NCBI GenBank assembly: GCA_951406725.2
Contig: OX597825.1
Location: forward strand, 28,458,001-28,522,000
DNA: 64,000 bases
Direction: 5' to 3'
Source: Octopus vulgaris
Taxonomy: Eukaryota
The position numbers and the translations under genes are program-made. Shown in pieces: positions 13,385-29,000 of the stretch. Position 1 is the stretch's first letter; the number at the start of each line of letters is the position of its first letter. The notes beneath the pieces were generated by a model. It saw only the letters and a program-made list of their open reading frames with translations. It was not told the DNA's origin and did no database searches.

Positions 13385-13637
13385 AGAGACATATGTGAAA
13401 CTTTACATATACATGTAAAGTAAAGATAATATAAAAATTACCTAGAATCCTTGTCCAATACCGGATCGATCCCAAAATCTAACGAGTTCGTGCTAGCCAT
13501 GAGGCCAAAGATACCTGGACGTTTCATCCGAATCCATCCAACGGTTCTTGATATATCTTGTCCAAGGACAAACAAGCAAGCAAGCAAGCAAGCAAACACG
13601 ACTGAAAACAATACCTCCGCCTTCGCAGAGGCAATAA
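13385..13637 (-). mobile_element. Helentron-associated (HINE/DINE-1-like) non-autonomous element, partial
   Basis: Same head as 39901: short GC hairpin, GGAGGTATTGTTTTCAGTC, (GYTT)n microsatellite, GGATTCGGATGAAAC. Confidence 0.6.
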
Positions 13638-13659
13638 TAAAAATTATTCTTATTATTAT

Positions 13660-14143
13660 AACAGCGCAAACCGAGAATGAAAATTGCAAAATCCTGTGAG
13701 ATGCAATGATTTAGTGCGATCACCTGACATATCATCTGAAACTGGACATTGCCGTGGTGAAAAAGAAAAAGAAAGAACATGCATGATAATCGATGTAGCA
13801 TGTCCTGATGACAACAGGATCAAAGCGAAATGAGAAAAACTGAACAACTATGAATATTTGAAATAGGAATTACGAATGTTGCGGTCACTGAGGAGAGTAG
13901 ACATGGTCTCAGTAGTAATTGGCACGCTTGGAAGTATCAGTACTTAACAACTAGTATGGCTCAAAAAAAAATTGGTACAAATGTAAAGATGGGACACCTA
14001 CAAAAATCAGCATTGTCTGGAACTGCAAGAATTCTTCGCGGAGTTCTTGAAGCATGAACCGTTAAAAAGTGTCTCTTTAGTCTGTTCGTTCTGGGCAGTT
14101 GACACTCCGTCATAGCCAGCAAAATAAGCTGTGAATTTTCATC

Positions 14144-14221
<78 letters not shown>

Positions 14222-14261
14222 GAAGAAGAAGAAGAAGAAGAAGAAGAAGAAGAAGAAGAAG

Positions 14262-14293
<32 letters not shown>

Positions 14294-16350
14294 AAACAAC
14301 AACAACAACAACAGCAACATAATATCACAGCTGAATGGCTCTGTAGCAAGAAGCTATCCACAGTATCAGGAATATGAGTAAAAACATAAGCAACTGGAAA
14401 GCAGCAGAACCTGGTGGTGTAAAGGAATTTTGGATGAAAGCGTTCAGTAGTTGCCGTAAATTGGTCGCAGAGCAATTTAATGCATTGATCAATGGAGAAG
14501 AAGAAATCTCAGGCTGGTTGACAAAAGGACGAATGGTGTTGTGTCTGAAGGATGTATCAAAGGGAAATGCTGCTGACAATTACAAACCAATTTCCTGCCT
14601 CCCGTTAATGCGGAAGTTACTGTCAGGAGGAGTTTCAGAAGAACTGTATAAATTTCTTAATGAGAACGATATATTTACCGACAGAAGAAAAAGGCTGTAG
14701 AAGGAGATGCAGAGATACCAAAGATCAATTATTGATAGACAAAATGGTAATACAAGGTTTTAAACGAAGAACAAATTTGGGAATGGCTTGGATTGACTAT
14801 CGGAAAGCTTATGATATGATTCCACAGTCGTGGATCATCGAGTGTTTAGATCTGTTTGTAATTGGGAGGAATATAATGTGTTTCCTGAAGAGCAGTATGG
14901 CGAGCTGGAAAACTGAACTGACAACTTCGGCACCCTGAGTATCAGAAGAGGGATTTTACAGGGTGATATCTTATCGCAGTCGCTTTTTGTTCTCTGCATG
15001 ATACCCCTGATGTTGGTACTTCGGAAAATGAACCTGGGGTACCAACTAAAGGGATAATCCCAAGCAATCAACCACCTCCTATTCATGGATGATGATTTGA
15101 AACTGTATGGCCAAGCTGACACACAAGTGAGGTCATTGGTGAACACGGTCCACTGTTTTAGTTCTGATATTACAATGAATTTAGATTCAAGAAGTACAGA
15201 ATAATCTACCTAAAAAGAGCCAAGGCACATTCCATAGCAGGGATAGAATTACGGAATAGAGACTTGATTAAACAAATTGAAACGGAAGGATACAATTACC
15301 TTGGTGTACTAGAGTTCAACGAGATAATAGAGAAGGAAATAAAAGACCAACTTAGGATGGAATATTTCCGAAGACTAAGGTTTGTGTTGCGCTCGATGAA
15401 ATAAGATCCAAGCAGTTAATATGTAGGCGATAGCAACATTTCGGTATGGGGCGGGAATTATAGAATGGCAAAAGAGAGAAGTGATGAAAATGGATACCAA
15501 GACCAGAAAAAATGTCGATAATACACGGAACCTTCCACCCTAAGAGAGACAACGATAGGCTGTACTTGTCCAGAAGAAAGAGTGGGAGAGCTTTGATCAG
15601 TTGCCAGGAGTGTATCGAACCAGATAAACACAGTTTAGTGTGGTATATAAAAAGTGTTGTGGGGCCATTGTTGAAACATACGAAGGAGTAACCTGAAGAT
15701 AGAGACAGATGCACTCATATGCGCAGTTCATGAACAAGCGTTAAGGACCAACTATATAAAGTGCAGAATAGACAACACTACCGACGGCGACAAATGTAGA
15801 ATGTGTGGTGAGAGGGGTGAAGCGGTATGGTACATCGTTAGCGAATGCCTGAAATTGGCGCAACGCGAATACAAAAGATGCAATGACAATGTGGCAAGAA
15901 TGATCCAAAGGGAGCTCTGTGGAAATCATGGCCAACTAAAAGCAAAGACATGGTATGAACAAACTCCAGAAGGAGTTAGCGAGAATGAAAATTGCGAAAT
16001 CCATTGTGAGGCAATGATCCAGTGCGATCACCTGACCAAACATCAGAAACCTGACATTGTTGTGGTGAATAAAAAAGAAAGAACATGCATGATCATCGAC
16101 ATAGCATGCTCCGGTGACAACGAGATCAATGTGAAAGAAGAAGAAAAAATAAACAACTACCACGATTTAAAGTGGAGAAATACGAAGGTTGGGGTCAATG
16201 GGGAGAGCAGTAATTGGTGCTTTTGGGAGTATCAGCACTCAACTACCAACGTGGCTGAAAAATATTGGTGCAAGTGTGGAGGTAGAACAACTACAAAAAT
16301 CAGCATTGCTTGGAACTGCAAGAATTTCTCGCAGGGTTCTTAATGCATGA
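13660..16350 (+). mobile_element. Two degenerate R4/Dong-like LINE fragments (13660-14120 RLE end; 14320-16350 RT to RLE), separated by TAA/AGA/ACA repeats
   Basis: [33 protein letters not shown] and IIDIAC motifs. Confidence 0.8.
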
Positions 16351-16880
16351 CCAGCAAACAAATGTCACTTCAGTCTGCTGTCCACATGATTTCCACAGAG
16401 CCCCCTTTGGATAATTCTTGCCACATTGTCATTGCATCTTTTGTATTCGCGTTGCCCCAATTTCAGGCATTCGCTAACGATGTACCATACCGCTTCACCC
16501 CTCTCACCACACATTCTACATTTGTCGCCGTCGGTAGTGTTGTCTATTCTGCACTTTATATAGTTGGTCCTTAATGCTTGTTCATGAGCTGCGCATATGA
16601 GTGCATCTGTGTCATCTTGTTGAAAACTGGAACAAACTCCTCTGAAAAAGATCTGGAGGCAAATCAGAACCGAGAAATCAACACTGACGACTTAAGACAA
16701 ACACCAAATAAAACAAACCCTCAAGAGAACCACGAGCAATTCTTTAGAGAGTCTTTTGCTGATATTGCTCCTGAAAGCCTCTGCTTCTTCAGGATATTTA
16801 TTTTTTCTGGTGTATATATTTTGGGATGTTAAGATGGCTTTTAAGCGTGTTAGTATGTTACTTGTTGGTGTGATTAAACC

Positions 16881-17110
16881 GGCGAGTTGGCAGAATCGTT
16901 AGCACGCCGGGTGAAATGCTGAGTGGTATTTCGTCTGCCGTTACGTTGTGAGTTCAAATTCCGCCGAGGTCGACTTTGCCTTTCATCCTTTCGTGGTCGA
17001 TAAATTAAGCACCAGTTACGCACTGGGGTCGATGTAATCGACTTAATACCTATGTCTGTCCTTGTTTGTCCCCTCTATGTTTAGCCCCTTGTGGGTAATA
17101 AAGAAATAGG
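16881..17110 (+). mobile_element. SINE family B with target-site duplication
   Basis: GGTGTGATTAAACCGG occurs at both ends (16867-16882 and 17109-17124). Confidence 0.85.
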
Positions 17111-18844
17111 TGTGATTAAACCGGTGTATGTAATGTTTATGTGGTTATATACGTGTTCCATCGGTTCTTTTTTGTTTCTCTTTATTGCTGTTCAGTTAAT
17201 GATATTTAAATCTTCCTGGTGTTTGGTTGTGCGATCTGAGACGTGTGTGTGAGTTGGGTTGTTTCTGACGGCGGTGACTGTAACAGTAATGGTGGCAGTG
17301 ATGGGGATGATGCTGTTGTTGGTATTGGTGTGGCTTCTGTTGGGGGTGGAAGTCGTGTATTTGTTCTCAAAGGCGTTTCTCACTCATCGCCTCTGATCAC
17401 ATCTGCCAGTTTTTTGCATTGATGACGGTGCGCTTTATTTCCTTTTCCTGCCGTCTTTTTGCCATTTAGGCAGTGATTCCTGTTGCTACTACTCTTGCTG
17501 TTGGTTTTGCAGCTGTAGCGGTCACCTGCCTCTGCTGGTGTTGTTGCTGTTGTGCTGACGGTTTTGGTAGAAGTGGAGTCTCTCATCTCTTTTTTGTGTT
17601 GACCAGAATGTCTTTAGAGGAATCGTGTCCCATGCAGTTGACACCTCGGCTTTCTACTCTAAATGGTTGCAGAGGCTGGTGATGTCTGGTAAATTTATGA
17701 TGTTTGGAATTGTTTCTAAATTGTCTTACCTATTTACACCCACAACTCTGAGCCTGGCCCCAACCGGATTTGCTTATGCAGTTTCCGCACCTATAAGATT
17801 ATTGTTTTATGCTCTATGGAAGGATAGCTGACACCAACCAGCAGATGTCTATTTCTGATGGTATGCCAAAGGCGGTGAGCTGGCAGAAGTGTTAGCACGT
17901 CGGGCGAAATGCTTAGCGGTCTTTCGTCTGCCGTTACGTTCTGAGTTCAAATTCCGCCGAGGTCGACTTTGCCTTTCATCCTTTCGGGGTCGATAAATTA
18001 AGTACCAGTTACACACTGGGGTCGATGTAATCGACTTAATACCTATGCCTGTCCTTGTTAGTCCCCTCTGTGTGTAGCCCCTTGTGGGTAATAAAGAAAT
18101 AGGTATTTCGTCTGTCGCTACGTTCTGAGTTCAAATTCCGCCGAGATCGACTTTGCCTTTCATCCTTTCGTGGTCGATTAAATAAGTACCAGTTACGCAC
18201 TGGAGTCGATATAATCGACTTAATCCGTTTGTCTGTCCTTGTTCGTCCCCTCTGTGTTTAGCCCCTTGTGGGTAGTAAAAAAATAGGTATGCCTGCAGTT
18301 TATATTTGCGTCCCACACTAACCGTAGACACTTTTCGATTTGTTGTTGTGTTTCTCGTTGTTATCTTTTCACTCCAACAGTTTTCTTATAATTTATTGTT
18401 GTCACAGTGTGTCCTGTACAATGGCTTCTGAATGTTAAGCGTTACCCTATTTCTATTTAATTTTTATATGGTTTTTGCATTTCTTAAATCGTTTGTCGAT
18501 AGATTTATACTTTCTTGTGTATGCCTGACTACGGATGCGAATGTTAGGCCAAGATTTGTCATTTTTGTTGTTTTCAGCGATTGTGTCTGCGTTAATGGTA
18601 GTAGTGAGTGGTGGCCGTCGTGGTTGAATTGGCACATACATGCTATCTGTGAAAAAAATGTGTTTTTACATTTTCCTAATATCTATTATTCACTGTTGTT
18701 TTCGCTTCGATTGGCTATTGAGATGGCAACAACACTTACTTTAACGTGTGTTTTGACTTTTCATGTTTTTGTAGGTGTTCGTAGTGACGTTGTTGCTGCT
18801 GCTGCTTTGTTTGCTTGTTTGTTGAGGGAAGCAGTCTTCGTCCG

Positions 18845-19176
18845 CAGTGTGAGAAGTCCGATACGTGGTCCTTTGCTATTCGTAAGACCCGCAGAAGAGA
18901 AAGCAGGTCAACCCCCGACACTATGAGCATCGACGGATGGATAAATGCGCATCCAGGCTCAGCGGTTGCGTAGTAAGTCGGGGACAAGAAACAGGAAGAA
19001 AGAGAAAGTTGGAACAAAAGAGTACAACAGGGGTCGCCACCACACCCTGCCGGGGCCTCGTGGTGCTTTAGGTATGTTCGCTCAATAAACACACACAAAG
19101 CCCGGAATCTGGGAATCGAAACCGCCATCCTCCGACCGCGAGTCCGCTGCCCTAACCACTGGGCTATTGCGCCTCC
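18845..19176 (-). mobile_element. tRNA-derived SINE family C (also 19575-19748 -, 42140-42300 +)
   Basis: GGAGGCGCAAT-GCCCAGTGGTTAGGGCAGCGGACTCGCGG...TTCGATTCCCAG head shared among copies. Confidence 0.8.
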
Positions 19177-20969
19177 ACTGTTGCTGCTGCTGCAGTCTTC
19201 TTCTTCTTCTTCTTCTTCTTCTTCTTCTTCTTCTTCTTCTTCTTCTTCTTCTTCTTCTTCTTCTTCTTCTTCTTCTTCTTCTTCTTCTTCTTCTTCTTCT
19301 TCCAGTCAAGACGCACGCTATTAGTCACAAAGAATAATCTCTAATCCGAGCATACCCTAAGTTACTAAGAATGCGTGTGGCAACTTGAAGATCCATCCAC
19401 AACACGTGATAGACTGGCGCGAAAGCTACGTTGTTATCCTCATTCCATAAACGGTGGCTTTTAACGGGTGGAGAGCTGAACAACCTGGGGTACAGCGTAT
19501 TCGCAATGTAGACTAGGGTCTGAAAGTTTACCACACCATAATGGGTTACACCATGGTTCCTCTGCTTTATGGCAGAAGTAGGAAGAAAGAGTAAACGAAT
19601 ACAGCGGGGTTCACCCTCCCCCCGTCGGAGCCTCGTGGAGCTTAGGTGTTCTTGCTGAATAAACACTCACAATGCCCGGTCTGGGAATCGAAACCGCGTT
19701 CTTACGACCGCGCGTCCGCTGCTCTAACCACTGGACCATTGCGCCCCCACTCGCTGCGGCTGTTGGTTCTGTTGCGACTACCTATTTCCATGTTTGTTTC
19801 AGATTGACTGAGAAAACCAATTTCGCCTTCAGAACTAACTCACACTATCCTCTCTTCTCCATTTGGTGAAGAAGATCCGCAATATTGAATTTTTTAACAG
19901 TATTTCGTAAAGAAAAAACATTCTTTCCGAAATTTCACCCTTTAGGGCAGATGACGATAACTTTTGCTCAGAGGCTATTGGTCTGCTTCAATTAACGACA
20001 CACTATTCAACGATAGACTTTGGAAACAAATCGATAACTCACAGAACGTTCGTGACACGTTTAGTCTTTTCGATAAACAACAGCAGGAACAACAATAATA
20101 GTAATAATAATGTTTTTTTTTATTTACCTCCAAGGCGATGGATGAGGGGTGTAATACAAAGACAAACATATATAAAATGTGTGTGTAGGGGTTATAATGA
20201 AATTTTTAAAAGTGGGGAAAGCATAACATGGTATACGATAAAACAGTCAAGGGAAGTATACACGGGAGAAAACAGAAAAAGGAAAAAGGGAAAAATGATG
20301 ATAGGGATGTAGTCATCCTGTATCAAGAATAACTGAAGAAATCCATCGTTCAAGATTTCCTTTAACGCCAAGGGCAAGTGCCCTCTCCAATTCCAACTGA
20401 AAATTAACGAATGTTGCGGATTGCGTATGTGTGAGTGTGTGTGGAGTGAACACGCGCGGAAAGTCTCCCACACTCACACACACACCCATGCAACATTCGT
20501 TAATTTCTTGAGGATGGGGGTCATAACCCCGAAATATTGAATGCAAGGTAAGTCTACATTAAGTCATATATTTGCTTTCTTGTGATTTGCCTTGCTTTTA
20601 CTCCGAATTGTTCGACACTTACCCACGATGGTTTATACAATATGTGTGTGTGTGGGTGTGGGTTTGTGTGTATGAGTGTGTGTTATTTCCGGTATTGGCT
20701 TGTTTTCCTCATTCAGCTAAGACCTGCAGCGCGTGAGACCAATAGAGTATGTGCTAGATTTAGAAAAAACCCAAAATATTTGAGTCCGTTTGCTCGAGTA
20801 AGAGCCTCTTTCACCACAACTATCTCTCACTCTTTCCTCCTGCGTCTTGCAGCTCACCTGTAATGGACGGGCGTGCCGTCCAGGTGGGGACCCTATACGC
20901 CAAGGAAACCAGGAAACCGGCCCGAGCCAGGCGTGACTCGAGAAGGAACAAACAATATATGTATATATA

Positions 20970-21366
20970 TACTCTTACTCTCTCTCTTTTACTTGTTTCA
21001 GTCATTTGACTGCGTCCATGCTGGAGCACCGCCTTTAGTCGAGCAAATCGACTCCAGGACTTATTCTTTTTAAGCCTAGTACTTATTCTATCGGTCTCTT
21101 TTGCCGAACCGCTAAGTTACGGGGAAGTAAACACACCAGCATCGGTTGTCAAGCGATGTTGGGGGACAGACACACAAACACACACACATATATATACATA
21201 TATACGACGGGCTTCTTTCAGTTTCCGTCTACCAAATCCACTCACAAGGCTTTGGTCGGCCCGAGGCTATAGTAGAAGACACTGGCCCAAGGTGCCACGC
21301 AGTGGGACTAACCCGAAACCATGTGGTTGGTAAGCAAGCTACTTACCACACAGCCACTCCTGCGCC
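20970..21366 (-). mobile_element. SINE family A, near complete
   Basis: GGCGCAGGAGTGGCTGTGTGGTAAG head on the minus strand; matches the 35012 copy. Confidence 0.85.
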
Positions 21367-21786
21367 TATATATATATGTATGCATAGGACACGCATTTTT
21401 TAAAATTACCTCATTTTAATTGCGGAAGGGGCTTCCTCTTCAATGTCCTGAATTTCATATCTTATATACATACATTCTTCTTTATTGGTAGTGCTATTCT
21501 CTCTGATTCTGCGTGTACTTGTGTGTATGCATGTGTGTTTATATATAATTTTTAATGGTATTCAAAATAAGATATCACTTCGCGTTTGATGCTCCGATGA
21601 AGCTGTACTGTGATCCTCAAGCACTAAAATATGAGTGCATTGCATCTTAAAACAGTTGTAAGCTAATGAAGTTCATTACATAATTGTTTCTTCCTTTGTC
21701 ATCACAATTCCTTAGTAGCGTATATACATATATATATGTATTTGTAATTATACACACATTTATATACATATACGATTTAATACATG

Positions 21787-24442
<2,656 letters not shown>

Positions 24443-26018
24443 CTCAGTGTGGTGTGTTGCAGTCATAGTAGCAAGATTGTTATTTTACTTCCAGCGGGCC
24501 GGCGTCCCGTCCAGGAAGAATTATTTACCCCAAAAATTCTGGAAAGCATCCTACGTCATGGGAAGGACATTTTGAGCTCGTTTGGTTCGTTGAAGACTTT
24601 GGAGGCGGTGCCCAAGCATGGCCGTTTTACAATGACTGAAACAATTTAAATAATAAATGTACGTGTGTGTGTATGATTTGTATGCATGTGTATGTGTTTG
24701 TGTGTGTTCTTTCCATTATTTGAATTATTTCCACAAAACCACTGTGCCTTTGAGACACTGCATATGAAAGTTTTCCCCGCTGACAGACAAAGCATCTTGC
24801 CGGTTATTCATCAATATGAAAACAAACCTCAATGACGGATCCTGTTTGTGTAAACTTCAAAAGTGTAGACCATGGCATACAGGAAAGAAAAGTTGAGCTC
24901 TACCTAGACCATACACAAATGCGCGTTTAACTAACACTTGTCATCTGTACGGTGAGAATGTTTTGTTCCAAAATCAGCACTGAACCAAAATTTAAATAAC
25001 AGGGCTACCATACATGACATGCAAAGTTAACTGTAACCTGGCACCATCACACATTAATTACTTTGGGCTGTGGTGTGTCAGGTGTCATTCACTTCCAAAA
25101 CACTTGAGACCACGCGAAATCAGACGTCACGAGGCCGTTTTATATGACATATTATAGCATATATATTGGTTTATTATTTTGGTACAAGGCCAGAAACTTT
25201 GAGGGAGGAAGTAAGCCGATTATATCGACCTCAATATTCTACTGGTACGTATTCTACCAACCACGAAAGGCTGAAAAGCAAAGTCCACCTCAACGGAATT
25301 TGAACTCAGAACGTAAAGACAGATGAAATGGAGCTAAGCGTTTTTCCCGTCGTACTAACGATTCTGCCAGCCTTTCATTGCGAAATATACATTGTTAATT
25401 TTTATTGAACATATTCAGCTGCAAATACAGGTATTCAATGCTTTTGGATACCAAAATATAAGTATATGTAAATCAATCTATGCATTCTTGTTATAGGTTT
25501 ATGTGAGACACTGAGAGAGAGAGGGGGATTGTGTGAGTATGCTGTTTATGAGAGAGACCATGTGTGTGTGTGTGTGTGTGTGTGTGTGGTACATGCATTC
25601 AGATCTTGATGTTGTAAAACCTTGTGGTACTTAACATTATATGCTATACTAGTCGACATTACGAATTCAGTCGACTTCCAATGCAAATAGAGCAGATACC
25701 ATCGTTATCATTATCAATATTATAATTTGTAACTCAGCCACTACGTTCTGAGTTCAAATTCCACCAAGGTCGATAAATTAAGTACCAGTGAGTACTAGGG
25801 TCGATGTAATCGACTTTCCTCTTCCCCCTAAAATTTCAGGCTTTGCGCCTATAATCATAATTTACATCATCATGAGCGGTAACATATTGTTTTTCATCTA
25901 GGTATTCATTATAACCGATCTCAACGTAGCCATTGACGTCGTCAACATTATCATCATCACCGACGTCTTCATTGCCAAAATCATAGGTGTTGTGGTAGTT
26001 GTGACCAATAAAATTTTC

Positions 26019-29000
26019 TCACTTAAATTTGTGTTTAGAAATTCTCAAAGCGAGAGATTGATCCGGCAATATTTTTTTGAAGGTGTCTTTGCCCCAAAGC
26101 CAGTAGGTTGTCATCATCCCTCGTCCTTTCACATTTATCTGGCCTCTTGATTCCAAGGCATATCCCCCTAATTCTTCAAGAATGCCAGCTGTAGTCTCAC
26201 TCACTTGAATTCGCAGGGCATAACAACTGGACTCCATCCTCGAAGCTGTGTTCACAGTGTCTCCGAACAAAAAATACCGAGGCATAAGTTTACCAACCAC
26301 ACCGCTAACCACTGGTCCTGAATGTATTCCAATTCGTAATTGTAAAGTAGATTTTGGCATATGTGGTATTTCAAACACCGTCACCGTTGACATCAGATCT
26401 AAAGCCATTGTTGCAATTTCTCCAGCATGGCGATTCTCATTCTTCTCTGGGAGACCACTCACCACCATATATGAGTCACTGATAGTTTCTACTTTATAAA
26501 CATCATAATCATCGAGAACTTTGTCGAATGCATTATAAATCTCATTCAAAAAGTCCACAACCTCGAATGCTTTACTCTCGTTGCAAATATTGGAGAAATT
26601 GGTGACATCGCTAAAGAATACACTGACACATTCAAAATACTCTGGATAAATTTTGTTTCCTTCTCTTATGTCGTTCGCTACTTTCCTTGGAAGCATTTCG
26701 CCAAGGAGCCTTTCTGCTTTAGCCTTGCTCTTTTTAAGTTCTTTTGTTCTTTGAATGACAACAACTTCTAAACTACTAGAATACGTCTCCAACCGATCAA
26801 TTAAATTATCTTTAAACTCACCTTTCCCTGGATGTATTTCTGTAAGCATTTGATGAATTGTACCGAACACAGGCCTCGCTAAAGGTTCATCCTGCCAACA
26901 TTGTGCAATCATTTTGGCAAATAACTCATGAGTGGTTGTATTTGTCGGGAAAAGTTCTTCTTTTATAATTGGTCTTGTGTAAAGCATGGCCTTTCCACCG
27001 ATATCTTCCCAAATTCGCCGTATTGCCTTGCTAGATTCATATGTTATTAAACCTATAATTTCTTTTACTGATAAATAATAGAGTTCGTATTTATAAGGGG
27101 GCGCTCTAGTAATAATTTCACTTGTGACTATTGCGAATGAATAAACATCACCAGGCTGTGTACCAGATTTGATTCCATCTAAATCTGAGACATTTTTTAA
27201 CAATTCAGGAGCTGTCCAGAATAGCTCTTTCTTGCTGTGAACTGATTTCGTAATCCTCTTCTCCCCAAAACGAATAATATTTGCCCCAAAACCAGTGAGG
27301 CGTACGGTCCACCGATTGTTTAATAAACAGTTTGAAGATTTCAGACGACCGTGGGACTTGATATCTGTTTTGTTGTGAATAAATTCCATACCACGACATA
27401 TGTCTTTCAGAAAGGAGAACCGGAATTCCCATCCAAGATCAACTGCTTCATTTTGTAAAATATCTTTTAGACTTCCCTTATCGAGGAATTCGACAAACAG
27501 ACTGACATTGGGTTTCACCAGACAAGCGCCACCATATTGAATAAGGTTCTCATGTCTAAGTTTAACCAAGCTAACCATTTCGAGAATAAGAGCTTCATTT
27601 TTGCTATCTATTGTACTACTGTTAATGAATTTTACATACCATTCTTGTCCTTTCCATCTGTATCTCTGAATCATGGATGCACATCTGCTGTTATAAGGAA
27701 ATGAGACATGGCTTGTCTCATATATTTCAACAGTTGACCAATCGACAATCCAGTCAGTATTAGCGAGAGCTGCTCGTTTTTGCCTGTGTTCTATTAATTT
27801 TGTAATAATGAAATACACGAAGAAGCTTGATATTAAAATAGCTGCAATAGTTAATATGATGTATCCGACATGCACATCACAGTATTTCCCTGTGTAAATC
27901 CATGTGTGACAACGACACTCAAACGGTTTGGAACATGTCCCATATTTGCATTTGGTGCAATTTGCCTTTTCGCAGTAGGGGCCAACATAACCCTCTTTAC
28001 ATATGCATTCTCTTGGTTCTATGCAATGACCATTGTCACAGCCACACTCCACAATATGACATTTTGCACCTTGGTACCCATCTTTGCATTTGCATTTGTC
28101 TTTTGAAATACACGTACCAGTATCGAAAATAGTTACATCCTCGGGGCTTACCAGTTTTCTCCCGCACGGCTTTTTACAAAAGAAAGGTGGTATGACCTTC
28201 TCAGTCCTCATTATCTTAACTGGAGGCCAACTTTCTCGGGGATTTCTAATCAATCTTTGTGTGATTATATCAATCATGCCAGAATAAGACCAATATCGGC
28301 GTAAGTTATATCGAGTAGAATGTGGTAGTGTGAGTGGAGCTTCAATGTCAAATCTTTGGTAATCTCCTTTTGCAGAATATGGGATCTCTAGTTGGGCAGT
28401 GTTGTTGATTTTTTGGAAGCACCTTATAAATTCTGTGACTCTTTCTTCACCTGAACCTGTCCGATTTGAACGAGGATTTATATGAGCTAAAGATCCGAAG
28501 TAACCAATACGGTTCCCATGTCTATCAAGTTGCAGATAAGAAGTCAAACCATGAATTTTAACTTTTCGTAATTCAGCAACTTGTTGTTCTCCAGTCGCTG
28601 TCGTTTGATGGCGGATGATTTGCGCCAGCATGGCTGCATAAAGATGCACAGCATCGTATCCAAGCCCCATTCTTGCACCAATATAGTTGGGTCTGTAGCT
28701 TACGCTTCCGCCTTTGTATATAGTTTTGTCGGCTGCAAACCAATTACCGAATATTCGAAACCAGTCAGATGAACTATAGCCGCTTATATTATATTGTTCA
28801 CTAAACAAATTTGTACCTGCAAATGCATGAGTGCATTTCACTGTACCATTGCATACTCCCTCATCATCAAATGGGAATTGCCTGGCATATTCACCAAATA
28901 AAACCCATTGAAAACCATGTAACGCAGAGATGCCAGTCAAATATGCATCATGGAATACATAAGGTTGAATAAACTTAGGCGCAAATAAAAATATTATCTT

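Noticed and set aside
19100-19176. tRNA-like sequence
   Set aside because: SINE head with multiple diverged copies and no complete acceptor stem.
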